DNA of 64,000 nt from the NCBI GenBank assembly GCA_036375215.1, contig DASUSH010000094.1:1314-65313 (forward strand), in the 5' to 3' direction. This DNA is from Solirubrobacterales bacterium (lineage in GTDB: Bacteria; Actinomycetota; Thermoleophilia; Solirubrobacterales; 70-9). Made by a program: the position numbers and the translations under genes. The notes beneath the pieces are model-generated. The model was not told where the DNA came from and made no database searches. It worked only from the letters and a program-made list of their open reading frames with translations. Positions 18,471 through 28,031 of this stretch are shown here, one piece after another. Numbering within the stretch: position 1 is the first letter of the stretch; every line of letters begins with the position of its first letter.

Positions 18471-19597
18471 CCGAACGCGCGTCGGACGCGCGAGAAGATG
18501 CCCTCGCGCCGGCGCCCGCGCAGGTTCTCCTCGGTGATCGTCTCCCCCAGGCGCGCCGCGAGCTCGCGCTGCTCGTCGGTGAGGTTCGCGGGGACAACGA
18601 CGTTGAAGAGGACGTGCTGGTCTCCGCGCGCGCTCTGGCGCAGGGTCGGCAGGCCGAGCCCCCTGAGCGTGACCCGCTCCCCGTGCTGGCTCCCGGCCGG
18701 AACCTCGACGGTCTCGGTGCCGTCGAGCGTCGCGACCTCGACCTCGACGCCGAGCATCGCCTCGGTGGCGGACACGTCGACGACCGAGACCAGGTCCGGG
18801 CCCTCGCGGAGGAGGCGTTCGTCCGCGGCGACCGCGACCTCGACGTAGAGGTCGCCGCTGCGCCCGCCGGATTCGCCGGCGTGGCCGGCGCCGCCGATCC
18901 GGATCCGCTGGCCGTTCTCGATCCCGGGCGGGATCTCGATGTCGAAGGTGCGATCGCCGACCGTGCGGCCCCGCCCGTCGCAGACCTCGCATGGCGTCTC
19001 GGCGATCTTGCCGTCGCCGCCGCAGGTGTCGCAGGCGACCGCGCGGACCATCTGGCCGAAGGCGGTCCGGCTGACCTGGCGCAGCTGGCCGGCGCCGCCG
19101 CAGGTCTCGCAGGTGCGGATCGGCGTCCCCGGCTCGGCGCCGTTGCCGCGGCAGTGCTCGCACGTCTGCACGGCCTCGAAGGAGATCTCGCGGGTGGCGC
19201 CGGTGACCACCTCGGCGAGGGTGATCTCGACCTCCGCCGCCACGTCGGCGCCGCCGGCCGAGCCGCGGCCGCCGAAGATGTCGCCGAACGGCGAGCCCGA
19301 TCCGCCGCCGAAGAACGCCTGGAAGATGTCCTCGACGCTGCCAAACCCGGAGCTGCGCGGGCTCCAGCCGCCGGAGCGCAGGCCGTCGTGCCCGAAGGCG
19401 TCGTATGTCTGCCGCCGCTCGGGGTCGGAGAGCACCTCGTAGGCCTCGGCGGCGCGCTTGAACTTCTCCTCGGCCTCGGGGTCGTGCTTGTTGACGTCGG
19501 GGTGGAGCTCGCGGGCGACCTTGCGGAACGCCTTCTTGATCTCCGTCTCGGAGGCCCCCCGCTCGACGCCGAGGAGCTCGTAGTAGTCCTCCGGCAC
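18467..19597 (-). CDS. dnaJ: Molecular chaperone DnaJ
   Basis: 376 aa with a J domain (DYYELLGV...HPD), a G/F-rich region and four CxxCxGxG zinc motifs. Confidence 0.96.
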   Translation of the reverse strand: MPEDYYELLGVERGASETEIKKAFRKVARELHPDVNKHDPEAEEKFKRAAEAYEVLSDPERRQTYDAFGHDGLRSGGWSPRSSGFGSVEDIFQAFFGGGSGSPFGDIFGGRGSAGGADVAAEVEITLAEVVTGATREISFEAVQTCEHCRGNGAEPGTPIRTCETCGGAGQLRQVSRTAFGQMVRAVACDTCGGDGKIAETPCEVCDGRGRTVGDRTFDIEIPPGIENGQRIRIGGAGHAGESGGRSGDLYVEVAVAADERLLREGPDLVSVVDVSATEAMLGVEVEVATLDGTETVEVPAGSQHGERVTLRGLGLPTLRQSARGDQHVLFNVVVPANLTDEQRELAARLGETITEENLRGRRREGIFSRVRRAFG

Positions 19598-19600
19598 GGG

Positions 19601-20632
19601 CTAACCGCCTTCGTAGACCGTCTCGAAGAAGCGGGAGAGCTGGCCGGCGGCGTCGCGGACGGAGGAGATCGCGGTGGCGTAGTCCATGCGCAGCGGGCCG
19701 ACCACGCCGACCGCACCGAGGTTGCGGTAGCCGAGCCCGTAATTGGCGCCGACGATGCTCACCGAGCGGAGCTCCGGCTCGGGGTTCTCGGCGCCGATCC
19801 AGAGGAAGACCGAGCGCTCCTCGAGCGCCGAGCGCAGCATCTCGAGCAGGCCGGCGCGGCGCTCGAGCGCGCGCATCAGGGCGTCGACCTCGGGCAGGTC
19901 ACGCGAGTGCGACTCCGACAGGAGGCGGGCGGCACCGTCGACGTAGATCGTGCTCTCGACGTCGGTCTCGAGCGCGGTGAAGGCGCCCCCGAGCTGGTCG
20001 AGGAAGCGGCGCTCGGGCGGGCTCAGCTCCGGGTCGGCGAGGCGGCTCGCGATCATCCGCGCGCCGAGGCCCATCCCGGCGAGCCGCTCGTTCAGGTAGC
20101 TCGAGGCCCACTCGACGAGCCCGCGGTCGACCTCCCGCGCGAAGGTGAAGACGCGCTTGGTGACGGAGCCGTTGGAGGCGATCACGACCACCATCACGAC
20201 CTTCGGCTGGAGCTGGAGGACCTCGACGCGGTGGATCCGGGCGCTCGACGGCGGTGGCGCCGTCGCGAGCGCGAGCAGATCGGTCATCTGCGAGAGCGCG
20301 GCGGTGGTCTCGCGCATCGCCTCCTCGACCTCGCGGCGCATCCGATCGAGGCTGAGCGAGGAGTCCCGCTCGGCGGGCAGGCGGTCGCCGGTGGCGATCA
20401 GCTGGTCGGCGTAGAAGCGGTAGCCGGAGTCGGTCGGGACACGGCCCGCCGAGGTGTGCGGGTGGGTGAGGTAGCCCGCGCTCTCGAGCGCGGCGAGCTC
20501 GGAGCGCACCGTGGACGCGCCCCAGTCGATCCCGGAGCGCTCGGCGATCGCCTTCGAGCCGACCGGGCGGCCGGACTCCAGGTAATCGCCCACGACCGCC
20601 TCGAGAATGTGCTGCTGTCGCTCGCTTAGCAT
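19601..20632 (-). CDS. hrcA: Heat-inducible transcriptional repressor HrcA
   Basis: 343 aa with LSERQQHILEAVV..Y...G.PVGSK and GYLTHPHTSAGRVPT motifs. It lies directly upstream of dnaJ, with no grpE or dnaK between them. Confidence 0.93.
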   Translation of the reverse strand: MLSERQQHILEAVVGDYLESGRPVGSKAIAERSGIDWGASTVRSELAALESAGYLTHPHTSAGRVPTDSGYRFYADQLIATGDRLPAERDSSLSLDRMRREVEEAMRETTAALSQMTDLLALATAPPPSSARIHRVEVLQLQPKVVMVVVIASNGSVTKRVFTFAREVDRGLVEWASSYLNERLAGMGLGARMIASRLADPELSPPERRFLDQLGGAFTALETDVESTIYVDGAARLLSESHSRDLPEVDALMRALERRAGLLEMLRSALEERSVFLWIGAENPEPELRSVSIVGANYGLGYRNLGAVGVVGPLRMDYATAISSVRDAAGQLSRFFETVYEGG

Positions 20633-20641
20633 CGTCGAGCA

Positions 20642-20647
20642 AGCTTA
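20642..20647 (-). promoter_or_regulatory. Candidate -10 box TAAGCT, 9 nt upstream of the hrcA ATG
   Basis: The minus strand reads TAAGCT-tgctcgacg-ATG, which fits TANNNT. It lies immediately downstream of the 20656-20679 hairpin. Confidence 0.3.
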
Positions 20648-20655
20648 GGGTCCGG

Positions 20656-20679
20656 CCCCGCGGCAGCGGGGCCGCGGGG
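20656..20679 (-). terminator. GC-rich stem-loop (9-bp perfect stem, 6-nt loop) after the FHA gene
   Basis: CCCCGCGGC (20656-20664) pairs with GCCGCGGGG (20671-20679). It lies 9 nt downstream of the FHA-gene stop and upstream of hrcA. There is no U-tract, as is common in high-GC genomes. Confidence 0.45.
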
Positions 20680-20687
20680 GAAGCGGG

Positions 20688-21626
20688 CTAGATGACCGCG
20701 AGCCCGACGCCGAGCAGGACGACCGCCGCGATCCCGGTCGCCAGCACCAGCCCGGGCCGGCGCGACTTCGAGAAGTACTGGATCGAGAAGACCAGGAAGG
20801 CGATCGAGGCGATCGTGCCGAGCACGGAGAGGATCGAGCCGATCGCGCGCGTCCCGCTGCTGCCGTCGTAGCAGTCGTCCAAGAAGCTCAGGCCCGGGTC
20901 GTCGCAGAGGTCGAGGCTCAGCGCCACCCCGACGACGATCAGGGCGAAGATGCCCGCGAGCATGACGACGATCGAGAGGACGAGCGCGGTGACGCGCAGC
21001 CCGGTCGAGGCCTGCGATCCCGTCCGCGGCGGTGTCCCGGGGACGGCGCCGGGCGGGGGCGGGGGCGCGGCGGCCCGCTGCGGCGCGGGGGGCTGCGGCG
21101 GCGGGGGCGGCGGCGTCGGGGGCTTGGCGCGGGGCGGCGGCGGAGCGGCGGCCGGCGGTGGCGGCGGCTCGGCGGATGGAGGTGGCGGCGTCGGCGGCTC
21201 GGGCGCCACCGGCTGGGGCGCGGTGACGTCGTCGGGCCCGAGGCCCGGCGGCACCTCGGCGGCCGCCACGGTGCGGTCGGGGTCGGGCGGGGGCTGCGCG
21301 GAGACCTTGGTCGCGCCCGGGTCCGGCGGCGGTGGCGGCGGCGGGGCCTCGACCTTGATCGTCGTCATCCCGGCCACGATCTCCTCGCCGCCGGCGAGCA
21401 GGCGCGGTCCGGAGATCCGCTCGCCGTCGACGCGCGTGCCGTTGCGGGAGCCGAGGTCGTTGATCTCGACGCCGCCGTCGGGCAGCGTCCGCAGCTCGAA
21501 GTGCTGCCGCGAGACCTCCTCGTCCGCCAGCAGGAAGTCGACGTCCTCGCGGCCGACCGTGTAGCGCTCGCCGCTCGGCTCGATCTCGGTGCCCGCATCC
21601 GGGCCTGAGGTGATCTGGAAGCGCAC
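20688..21626 (-). CDS. FHA-domain protein with Pro-rich linker and C-terminal membrane anchors
   Basis: 312 aa. The N-terminal FHA domain reads YTVGRE..DFLLADEEVSRQHFEL...INDLGSRNGTRVDG. A linker of about 100 aa is rich in P and A. The C-terminal end has 3 predicted TM helices. Confidence 0.8.
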   Translation of the reverse strand: MRFQITSGPDAGTEIEPSGERYTVGREDVDFLLADEEVSRQHFELRTLPDGGVEINDLGSRNGTRVDGERISGPRLLAGGEEIVAGMTTIKVEAPPPPPPPDPGATKVSAQPPPDPDRTVAAAEVPPGLGPDDVTAPQPVAPEPPTPPPPSAEPPPPPAAAPPPPRAKPPTPPPPPPQPPAPQRAAAPPPPPGAVPGTPPRTGSQASTGLRVTALVLSIVVMLAGIFALIVVGVALSLDLCDDPGLSFLDDCYDGSSGTRAIGSILSVLGTIASIAFLVFSIQYFSKSRRPGLVLATGIAAVVLLGVGLAVI

Positions 21627-21633
21627 GCCGGCC

Positions 21634-22029
21634 CTACCCCGTCGCGATCGTCGCGCTCGCGTTGCGGATGATCTGGTTGCCGTTCTGCTCGGCGGCCGTC
21701 TCGGTGACGACCGTGCCGTTCCCGGCCTCGACCACCTCGGCGGTGACGACGACCTCCTGCTCGGGGAAGCCCATGCCGCGGAACTGGACCTCGAGCCGCT
21801 TCAGCGAGCGCGGGTCGCCGCCCGCGGCCTCGGTGTGCGCGCGGGCCACCTGGGCCATCGTCCAGAGCCCGTGGAGGATCGTCGACGGCAGGCCGACCGA
21901 CTTCGCGAACTCCTCGTCGGTGTGGATCGGGTTTGGGTCGCCGGACGCCGCCGCGTAGCGCTTCGTCAGCCCGGCGTCCGGGGTGACGTGCAGCTCGGGA
22001 ATCGAGTCGCCCTTGCTCAGGTCGGCCAT
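21634..22029 (-). CDS. MaoC-like (R)-hydratase/dehydratase, hot-dog fold (HadB-like)
   Basis: 131 aa with the hydratase-2 motif context (ASGDPNPIHTDEEFAKSVGLPSTILHG). Confidence 0.8.
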   Translation of the reverse strand: MADLSKGDSIPELHVTPDAGLTKRYAAASGDPNPIHTDEEFAKSVGLPSTILHGLWTMAQVARAHTEAAGGDPRSLKRLEVQFRGMGFPEQEVVVTAEVVEAGNGTVVTETAAEQNGNQIIRNASATIATG

Positions 22030-22036
22030 CGGCCGC

Positions 22037-22477
22037 TCACACTCCTCGCACGATGTTGGTCCAGGTCGCGCGGACGACCTCGCCCCCGTCCTGGTTCGTG
22101 GAGACGGTCTCGAAGACGTAGAAGCCCTTGCCGTCCTGTTCGTAGATCTGCTTGCAGGTCGCGTTGGTCGTGATCTCGTCGCCGGCGCAGACCGGCTCGC
22201 CCCACTCGAACAGCTGACCGCCGTGGACCATCGCGCCGAAGTTGATCCCGACCTCGGGGTCCAGGATCGCCTGGCCCATCGCCGGCGAGCTGTAGACGAC
22301 CGCGAACATCGGGGGCGCGACGAGGTCGCGGAAGCCCGCCGCCTTCGCAGCGCCGGCGTCCTGGTGGACCTCGCCGGTCTCGCCCACGGCGTCCGCGTAC
22401 TGGCGGATCCGGTCGGCCTCGACCTCGAAGGTCTCGGGGCCCCACTGCTTGCCCACGGCTTTGTCGTCGACTGGCAT
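22037..22477 (-). CDS. MaoC-like N-terminal dehydratase subunit (HadA/HadC-like)
   Basis: 146 aa. It forms the hot-dog partner ORF immediately upstream of the HadB-like gene, and its features (IRQYADAVG, PPMFAVV) are typical of the non-catalytic subunit. Confidence 0.72.
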   Translation of the reverse strand: MPVDDKAVGKQWGPETFEVEADRIRQYADAVGETGEVHQDAGAAKAAGFRDLVAPPMFAVVYSSPAMGQAILDPEVGINFGAMVHGGQLFEWGEPVCAGDEITTNATCKQIYEQDGKGFYVFETVSTNQDGGEVVRATWTNIVRGV

Positions 22478-22535
22478 CGCGGCGGCGAGTTATATCGAGG
22501 CTTCGGCGCTCTCGCGGTCGGGGTAGCCGCTGCGG

Positions 22536-24326
22536 TCAGCCGTCGAGCTCGAGCACGGCGAGGAACGCCTCCTGCGGAACCTCCACCTGCCCGACCTGCT
22601 TCATCCGCTTCTTGCCCTTCTTCTGCTTCTCGAGGAGCTTGCGCTTGCGGGTCACGTCGCCGCCGTAGAGCTTCGCCGTGACGTCCTTGCGCAGCGCCTT
22701 GACGGTCTCGCGGGAGAGCACGCGGGAGCCGACGGCGGCCTGCACCGGGACGTCGAAGAGCTGGCGCGGGATCGTCTTCTGGAGGCGCTCGACGAGGGTC
22801 CTGCCCACCTTGTAGGCGTGGTCGCGGTGGACGATCACCGACAGCGCGTCGACGCGGTCGCCGGCGAGCAGGATGTCGAGCTTGACGAGATCGCCGGGCC
22901 GGTTGCCGATCGGCTCGTAGTCGAGCGACGCGTAGCCCGCGGTCCGGGACTTGAGCTGGTCGAAGAAGTCGAGGACGATCTCGGCGAGCGGCAGGTCGTA
23001 GTGGAGCTGGACGCGCTCCGGCGAGAGGTAGTGCATGTCGACGTGGGTGCCGCGGCGCTGCTGGCAGAGCTCCATCACCGCGCCCACGTGGTCCTTGGGG
23101 CCGATCACGGTTGCGCGGATGTAGGGCTCGAGGATCTCCTCGATCGTGCCTGGGTCCGGCATCTCGACGGGGCTGTGGACCTCGACGCGCTCGCCGCCGA
23201 TCAGGACGACGTCGTAGCGGACGGTCGGGGTCGTGGCCAGGAGCTCGAGGTCGTACTCCCGCTCGAGCCGCTCGCGGACGATGTCCATGTGCAGGAGGCC
23301 GAGGAAGCCGCAGCGGAAACCGAACCCGAGCGCCTGTGAGGTCTCGGGCTCATACGAGAGCGCGGCGTCGTTCAGCGAGAGGCGGTCGAGGGCGTCGCGC
23401 AGGTCCTCGTAGCGGTCGGTGTCGATCGGGAAGAGGCCGCAGAAGACCATCGGCCGGACCTCGCGGTAGCCGGGCAGGGGCTCGGTCGCGGGGTTCTCGG
23501 CCGCGGTCAGGGTGTCGCCGACCCGGAGCTTGGAGACGTCTTTGATCCCGGTGATGACGTAGCCGACCTCGCCGGCGGCCATCCCCGACGCGGGCGTCAT
23601 CTCCGGGGTGAAGAAGCCGATCTCGTCGATCTCTGCGCGAGTGCCCGCCTGCATCGCGACGATCGGCTCACGCTTCGCGAAGGCGCCGTCCATCATCCGC
23701 ACGTAGGCGACCGCGCCGCGGTACTGGTCGAACTCGGAGTCGAAGATCAGCGCCCGCGGCGGCGCCGCGGGCTTCCCCGCCGGCGGTGGGACGCGCGCGA
23801 CGATCGCCTCCAGCACCTCGACCACCCCATCCCCGGTCTTCGCCGAGATCCGCAGGACGTCCTCGGCGCCGCCGAGCAGGTCGTCGATCTCGGCGGCGAC
23901 CTGGTCCGGCTCGGCGCTCGGCAGGTCGACCTTGTTCAGCACCGGGATCAGCTCGAGCCCGGCCTCGATCGCGGCGTAGGTGTTGGCGACGGTCTGCGCC
24001 TCGACGCCCTGCGACGCGTCGACGACGAGGAGGGCCCCCTCGCACGCGGCCATCGAGCGCGAGACCTCGTAGGAGAAGTCGACGTGGCCCGGGGTGTCGA
24101 TCAGGTGCAGGTGGTAGGTCTCGCCGTCGGAGGCGTCGTAGGCGACCTGGACGGCCTGCGCCTTGATCGTGATGCCGCGCTCGCGCTCGAGGTCCATCGA
24201 GTCGAGCACCTGGGCGCGCATCTTCTTCGGGTCCACGGTCTTCGTGACCTCGAGGATGCGGTCGGCAAGGGTCGACTTGCCGTGGTCGATGTGGGCGATG
24301 ATCGAGAAGTTGCGGATGCGCTCCAT
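22536..24326 (-). CDS. lepA: Translation elongation factor 4 (LepA)
   Basis: The conserved N-terminus [23 protein letters not shown] starts at the ATG at 24326. Motifs include [12 protein letters not shown] and the LepA C-terminal domain. The upstream 90 codons of ORF 22536..24596 are spurious. Confidence 0.96.
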   Translation of the reverse strand: MERIRNFSIIAHIDHGKSTLADRILEVTKTVDPKKMRAQVLDSMDLERERGITIKAQAVQVAYDASDGETYHLHLIDTPGHVDFSYEVSRSMAACEGALLVVDASQGVEAQTVANTYAAIEAGLELIPVLNKVDLPSAEPDQVAAEIDDLLGGAEDVLRISAKTGDGVVEVLEAIVARVPPPAGKPAAPPRALIFDSEFDQYRGAVAYVRMMDGAFAKREPIVAMQAGTRAEIDEIGFFTPEMTPASGMAAGEVGYVITGIKDVSKLRVGDTLTAAENPATEPLPGYREVRPMVFCGLFPIDTDRYEDLRDALDRLSLNDAALSYEPETSQALGFGFRCGFLGLLHMDIVRERLEREYDLELLATTPTVRYDVVLIGGERVEVHSPVEMPDPGTIEEILEPYIRATVIGPKDHVGAVMELCQQRRGTHVDMHYLSPERVQLHYDLPLAEIVLDFFDQLKSRTAGYASLDYEPIGNRPGDLVKLDILLAGDRVDALSVIVHRDHAYKVGRTLVERLQKTIPRQLFDVPVQAAVGSRVLSRETVKALRKDVTAKLYGGDVTRKRKLLEKQKKGKKRMKQVGQVEVPQEAFLAVLELDG

Positions 24327-24356
24327 GGGCGAGACCAGGCTAGTTATCGTCGGGAC

Positions 24357-25166
24357 GTGCGGCTCGTCGCGACGCTCGCGCTGTCCGTCGCCTCGCTGGC
24401 GGGGGCCGGCCCGGCCGCGGCCGCCGGGGTGCCCGACCCGCTCCCCTGCGACCCGGCGGCGGGGCCGTGCTGGGACCCGGCGCCGACCACCGAGCCGTGG
24501 CAGATCCAGCTCCAGGGGCGGATCGACCTCTCGGTGCCGGCTCCGGTGTACGACATCGACGCCGACTCCGGCCGAGCGCTCGTCGAAGCGATCCACGCCC
24601 AGGGCGATCGGGCGATCTGCTACATCAGCGCCGGCAGCTGGGAGCCTTACCGCGCGGACGCCGGCGAGTTCCCGAAGCGGCTACTCGGCAGGCCGATCGC
24701 GGGCTTCGAGGAGGAGCGCTGGCTAGACATCCGCCGGATCGGCCGGCTGCGGCCGATCATCGAGGCGCGCATGGACGAGTGCGCGGCGAAGGGGTTCGAC
24801 GCGATCGACCCCGACAACGTGGACGGCTACCGGAACCGGACGGGATTCCCGCTCGGCGGGCGCGACCAGCTCGCCTACAACTCCTTCGTCGCGAACGCCG
24901 CGCACGAGCGCGGGCTGGCGGTGGGCCTCAAAAACGACCTCGGCCAGGCCCGGAGGCTGCTCCCCTACTTCGACTTCGCCGTCAACGAGCAGTGCTTCCA
25001 GTACCGCGAGTGCGACCGGCTCGACCGCTTCGTCGCCGCGGCCAAGCCGGTCTACGGGATCGAGTACGAGGTCGGGCGCGACCGATTCTGCGCCACATCG
25101 CTCGAGCACGGCTTCTCGACGATCTTCAAGCGCTACGGCCTGCGCGCATTCCGCGAGGCCTGCTGA
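24357..25166 (+). CDS. Secreted glycoside hydrolase family 114-like (endo-alpha-1,4-polygalactosaminidase family)
   Basis: GTG at 24357 gives the signal peptide [24 protein letters not shown]. Motifs [34 protein letters not shown] and [10 protein letters not shown] are typical of Glyco_hydro_114. Confidence 0.78.
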   Translation: MRLVATLALSVASLAGAGPAAAAGVPDPLPCDPAAGPCWDPAPTTEPWQIQLQGRIDLSVPAPVYDIDADSGRALVEAIHAQGDRAICYISAGSWEPYRADAGEFPKRLLGRPIAGFEEERWLDIRRIGRLRPIIEARMDECAAKGFDAIDPDNVDGYRNRTGFPLGGRDQLAYNSFVANAAHERGLAVGLKNDLGQARRLLPYFDFAVNEQCFQYRECDRLDRFVAAAKPVYGIEYEVGRDRFCATSLEHGFSTIFKRYGLRAFREAC

Positions 25167-25167
25167 G

Positions 25168-26298
25168 TCAGGCGCGGGGCTCGGGGCCGCTCGGCAGCTC
25201 GTTCCGGTGGTGGGTCTCGAGGTGGCGGCGGGCGACGCCCACGTCGCGGAACCGCCACCCGCAGACGCCGCAGCGGATCTCCTTCTCGCCGGTCGCGATC
25301 AGCGCGCCGCCGTCGATCGCCTGGGTGGGCTCGCCGCTCGGCGGGGGCGGCGGGCCCCCGGGCGGCGGGGGCGGGAAGCCGGCCGGCACGGGGGGCGCGG
25401 GGACGGGCGTCTGGCCCACCGGCGGGGGCGGCTGCGATGGGCCCGGCGAGGGCGGGGGCGGCGGCTGAGCGCCGCCGGCCGAAGGTGGCGGGGGCGGGGG
25501 CGCGCTGCCCGGTGGTGGTGGTGGTGGTGGTGGTGGCGGCGGCTGCGCCCCGGGCGGCGGCATCGCCCCGGGCGGCGGCGGCTGGGCGAACACGGCGGCG
25601 CGGACGCCGTCGTCGCGCTCGCTGATCCGGCGGATCACGATGCAGGCGAGGATGGCGGCGGCGACCAGGCAGAGCATCCCGGGCGCGGCGATCGTGGCGG
25701 CGGTCTGGTCGCGCTCGAAGTCGGCGCGGCCTTCGAGCACGCCGTCGGCGTCGAAGCCGGCGATCACCGCGATGACGCCGAGGATGCTCGCGCCGACCCA
25801 GAGCGCCCACCACCAGTGCAGGAGGGGGGTCACCGGGCGCTTGCGCCAGGAGGCGTCGCGGACCTCGGCGCCGGCCTCGCCCGCCCGCCAGACGTCGTCG
25901 ATCATCTGCTTCGGCCGGATCCAGTTGAAGACCGGGATGAACCACGAGCCGATCGCCCACCCCGGCCGGTAGCGGAGCCCCGCGACCGAGGTGCGCAGCA
26001 GGTTGCCGTAGGCGCGGTACATCCAGGCGATGAAGAACCCGGCGACGACGCAGGCGATCACGCCGATCAGGATGCTGAGCCCGGCGCGGGCCGCCTGCAG
26101 GTCCTCGACGTCGGCGAGCGAGCCGTCGTGGTGCAGGTACTGCGTGATCGCGTCGACGTAGGTGATCTCGACGATGAACGAGACGCCGTAGAGGATCGCG
26201 AGGATGATCAGCAGGACCGTCGCCGTCCAGCCGAAGCCGCCGAGCGGACGCGGCGGGTCCGAGACGTTCGCGATCCGGTGCGTGCTGGGGCCGGCCAC
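25168..26298 (-). CDS. DUF4328-like membrane protein with poly-proline linker and C-terminal C2H2-pattern motif
   Basis: GTG at 26298 lies 8 nt after the murJ stop. The TM core carries WMYRAYGNL and WFIPVFNWIRPKQMIDDVW (DUF4328-like). A linker of about 100 aa is dominated by P. The tail reads CGVCGWRFRDVGVARRHLETHH. Confidence 0.7.
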   Translation of the reverse strand: MAGPSTHRIANVSDPPRPLGGFGWTATVLLIILAILYGVSFIVEITYVDAITQYLHHDGSLADVEDLQAARAGLSILIGVIACVVAGFFIAWMYRAYGNLLRTSVAGLRYRPGWAIGSWFIPVFNWIRPKQMIDDVWRAGEAGAEVRDASWRKRPVTPLLHWWWALWVGASILGVIAVIAGFDADGVLEGRADFERDQTAATIAAPGMLCLVAAAILACIVIRRISERDDGVRAAVFAQPPPPGAMPPPGAQPPPPPPPPPPPGSAPPPPPPSAGGAQPPPPPSPGPSQPPPPVGQTPVPAPPVPAGFPPPPPGGPPPPPSGEPTQAIDGGALIATGEKEIRCGVCGWRFRDVGVARRHLETHHRNELPSGPEPRA

Positions 26299-26306
26299 GC
26301 CCGCGC

Positions 26307-27989
26307 CTAGCCCTCGGCCGGATCGGAGCCGCGCGACCTGCCCGGGAGCAGCCGCATGATCTGTCCCGCCTCTGGCACCCGCATCGCGTAGACCGCGGCA
26401 GCGTAGACGGCGCCGCCCGCGGCGAGCGCGATGCCCATCGAGGCGATCTGGCCGCCGAGGCCGCGGCCGAGGACGTCGTCGAGCGCCCACCAGACCGCGT
26501 AGGCGACGCCCGCGAGCGCGGCCGCCGCGAGCCCGACGCGGACGACCGTCGAGAGCAGGCGGGTCAGCTCGAGGCCGCCGAGCTGGCGGCGCAGGAGCGC
26601 CATCTGGGCGATCACGCTGGCGGCGGTGGCGATCGCGGTCGCGGCGACGATGCCGGCTACCTCGAACTCCCTGTAGAGGGCGAACGAGACGACCCCGGTG
26701 ACGAGCAGGTTGAGCAGCGAGATCGAGGTCGGCAGCCAGGGCCGCTGCAGGCTGAAGAAGGTCCGGGTGAGGAGCAGGAAGAGGCCGTTGAACGGGAGCG
26801 AGAAGGCGAACCAGAAGAGCGCGGTGGCGACGAGCTCGGTCTGCGAGGCGTCGAACTCGCCGCGCTCGTAGACGAGGCGGATCATCGGCTCGGAGAGGAC
26901 GAGGATCGCGGCGGCGGCCGGGACGAGCAGGAAGACGATCTGGCGCATCCCGTTCGCCATCGTCCGGCGCAGGTTGCGGTACTCCCCGCGCGCCGCGAAC
27001 CGGGCAAGGGTCGGGAAGACGACGGTGGCGACCGCGACCGAGAAGATCCCCTGCGGGAGCATGTAGATCCGGAAGGCCTTGTCGATCGCGGCCGGGGCGC
27101 GCTCGGCGACGGTTGGGTCCTCGATCAGCGTGCCGAAGAAGCTGTTGATCTGGAAGTTGAAGTTGATCAGGCCGAGGCTGATCGTCACCGGCAGCATCAG
27201 CAGCAGGACGCGGCGGACGGCCTTCGAGCGCCAGTCGAACACGGGCTGAAGCCGAAACGGCGTGTTGCGCAGGTCGAAGGCGGGGATCGCGAGCTGGACG
27301 ACCGTGCCGACGAGGATCCCGACCGCGTAGGCGTAGATCTCGTCGCCCTCCGGGAAGACCGGCGCGAGGCCGACGAGGACGGCGATGATCGCGATGTTCC
27401 AGAACAGCGGCGAGATCGCGAACGCGCCGAAGCGGTCGTAGCTGTTGAGGACGCCGACGACCATCCCGGTCATCCCGAGCAGCACGAGGATCGGGAAGAG
27501 CAGCTGCGAGAGCATGACCGTGAGGTCGAGGAGCTCGCCCTCGTAGCCGGGGGCGAAGACGTCCATCACGACCGGAGCGAGCAGGATGAAGAGCGCGGTC
27601 AGCGCCCCGAGGATGAGCGCGACCATGAAGATCAAGGTCGAGGCGAGCTTGAACGCCTCGCGCTTGTCGCCGCGCTCGAGCTGCTCGGTGAAGACGGGCA
27701 CGAACGCCGCCTGGATCGCGGCGTCGGCGAACAGGCTGCGGACCAGGTTCGGCACCTGGAAGGCGATCGTGAAGGCCGACATCGGGCCCTTCACGCCGAA
27801 GTAGCTCGCGGCGACGATCTCGCGGACGAGGCCGGCGACGCGCGAGGCGGCGGTGGCCAGCGAGAAGAAGGCGGTCGAGCGGGCCAGCCGGCCGGCGCGG
27901 GAGCGCGGCTCGCGCGCGCGGGCGGAGGCGATCTCCTCCTCGCCGGGATCCTCGGAGGGAAACCAGCCGGAGTCCCGGCGCTCGGTCAC
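26307..27989 (-). CDS. murJ: Lipid II flippase MurJ (MviN family)
   Basis: 560 aa, polytopic (about 14 TM). The N-terminal motif is SRVAGLVREIVAASYFG and the protein shows MviN-like architecture. Confidence 0.9.
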   Translation of the reverse strand: MTERRDSGWFPSEDPGEEEIASARAREPRSRAGRLARSTAFFSLATAASRVAGLVREIVAASYFGVKGPMSAFTIAFQVPNLVRSLFADAAIQAAFVPVFTEQLERGDKREAFKLASTLIFMVALILGALTALFILLAPVVMDVFAPGYEGELLDLTVMLSQLLFPILVLLGMTGMVVGVLNSYDRFGAFAISPLFWNIAIIAVLVGLAPVFPEGDEIYAYAVGILVGTVVQLAIPAFDLRNTPFRLQPVFDWRSKAVRRVLLLMLPVTISLGLINFNFQINSFFGTLIEDPTVAERAPAAIDKAFRIYMLPQGIFSVAVATVVFPTLARFAARGEYRNLRRTMANGMRQIVFLLVPAAAAILVLSEPMIRLVYERGEFDASQTELVATALFWFAFSLPFNGLFLLLTRTFFSLQRPWLPTSISLLNLLVTGVVSFALYREFEVAGIVAATAIATAASVIAQMALLRRQLGGLELTRLLSTVVRVGLAAAALAGVAYAVWWALDDVLGRGLGGQIASMGIALAAGGAVYAAAVYAMRVPEAGQIMRLLPGRSRGSDPAEG

Positions 27990-28031
27990 GCGGCCAGCCG
28001 TCCCCCGGCGGCTATCCTTCCGCGCCGCGAG

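Noticed and set aside
17461-19716. 751-aa minus-strand ORF overlapping prmA and dnaJ in another frame
   Set aside because: Its composition is dominated by R, P, A and S (for example [14 protein letters not shown]). It overlaps the bona fide dnaJ and prmA frames, which have canonical motifs. It is a GC-bias artefact.
20633-20655. CIRCE operator (TTAGCACTC-N9-GAGTGCTAA) upstream of hrcA
   Set aside because: Only GCTTAG direct-repeat fragments are present (gcttagcatcgtcgagcaagcttagg). No inverted repeat resembles CIRCE.
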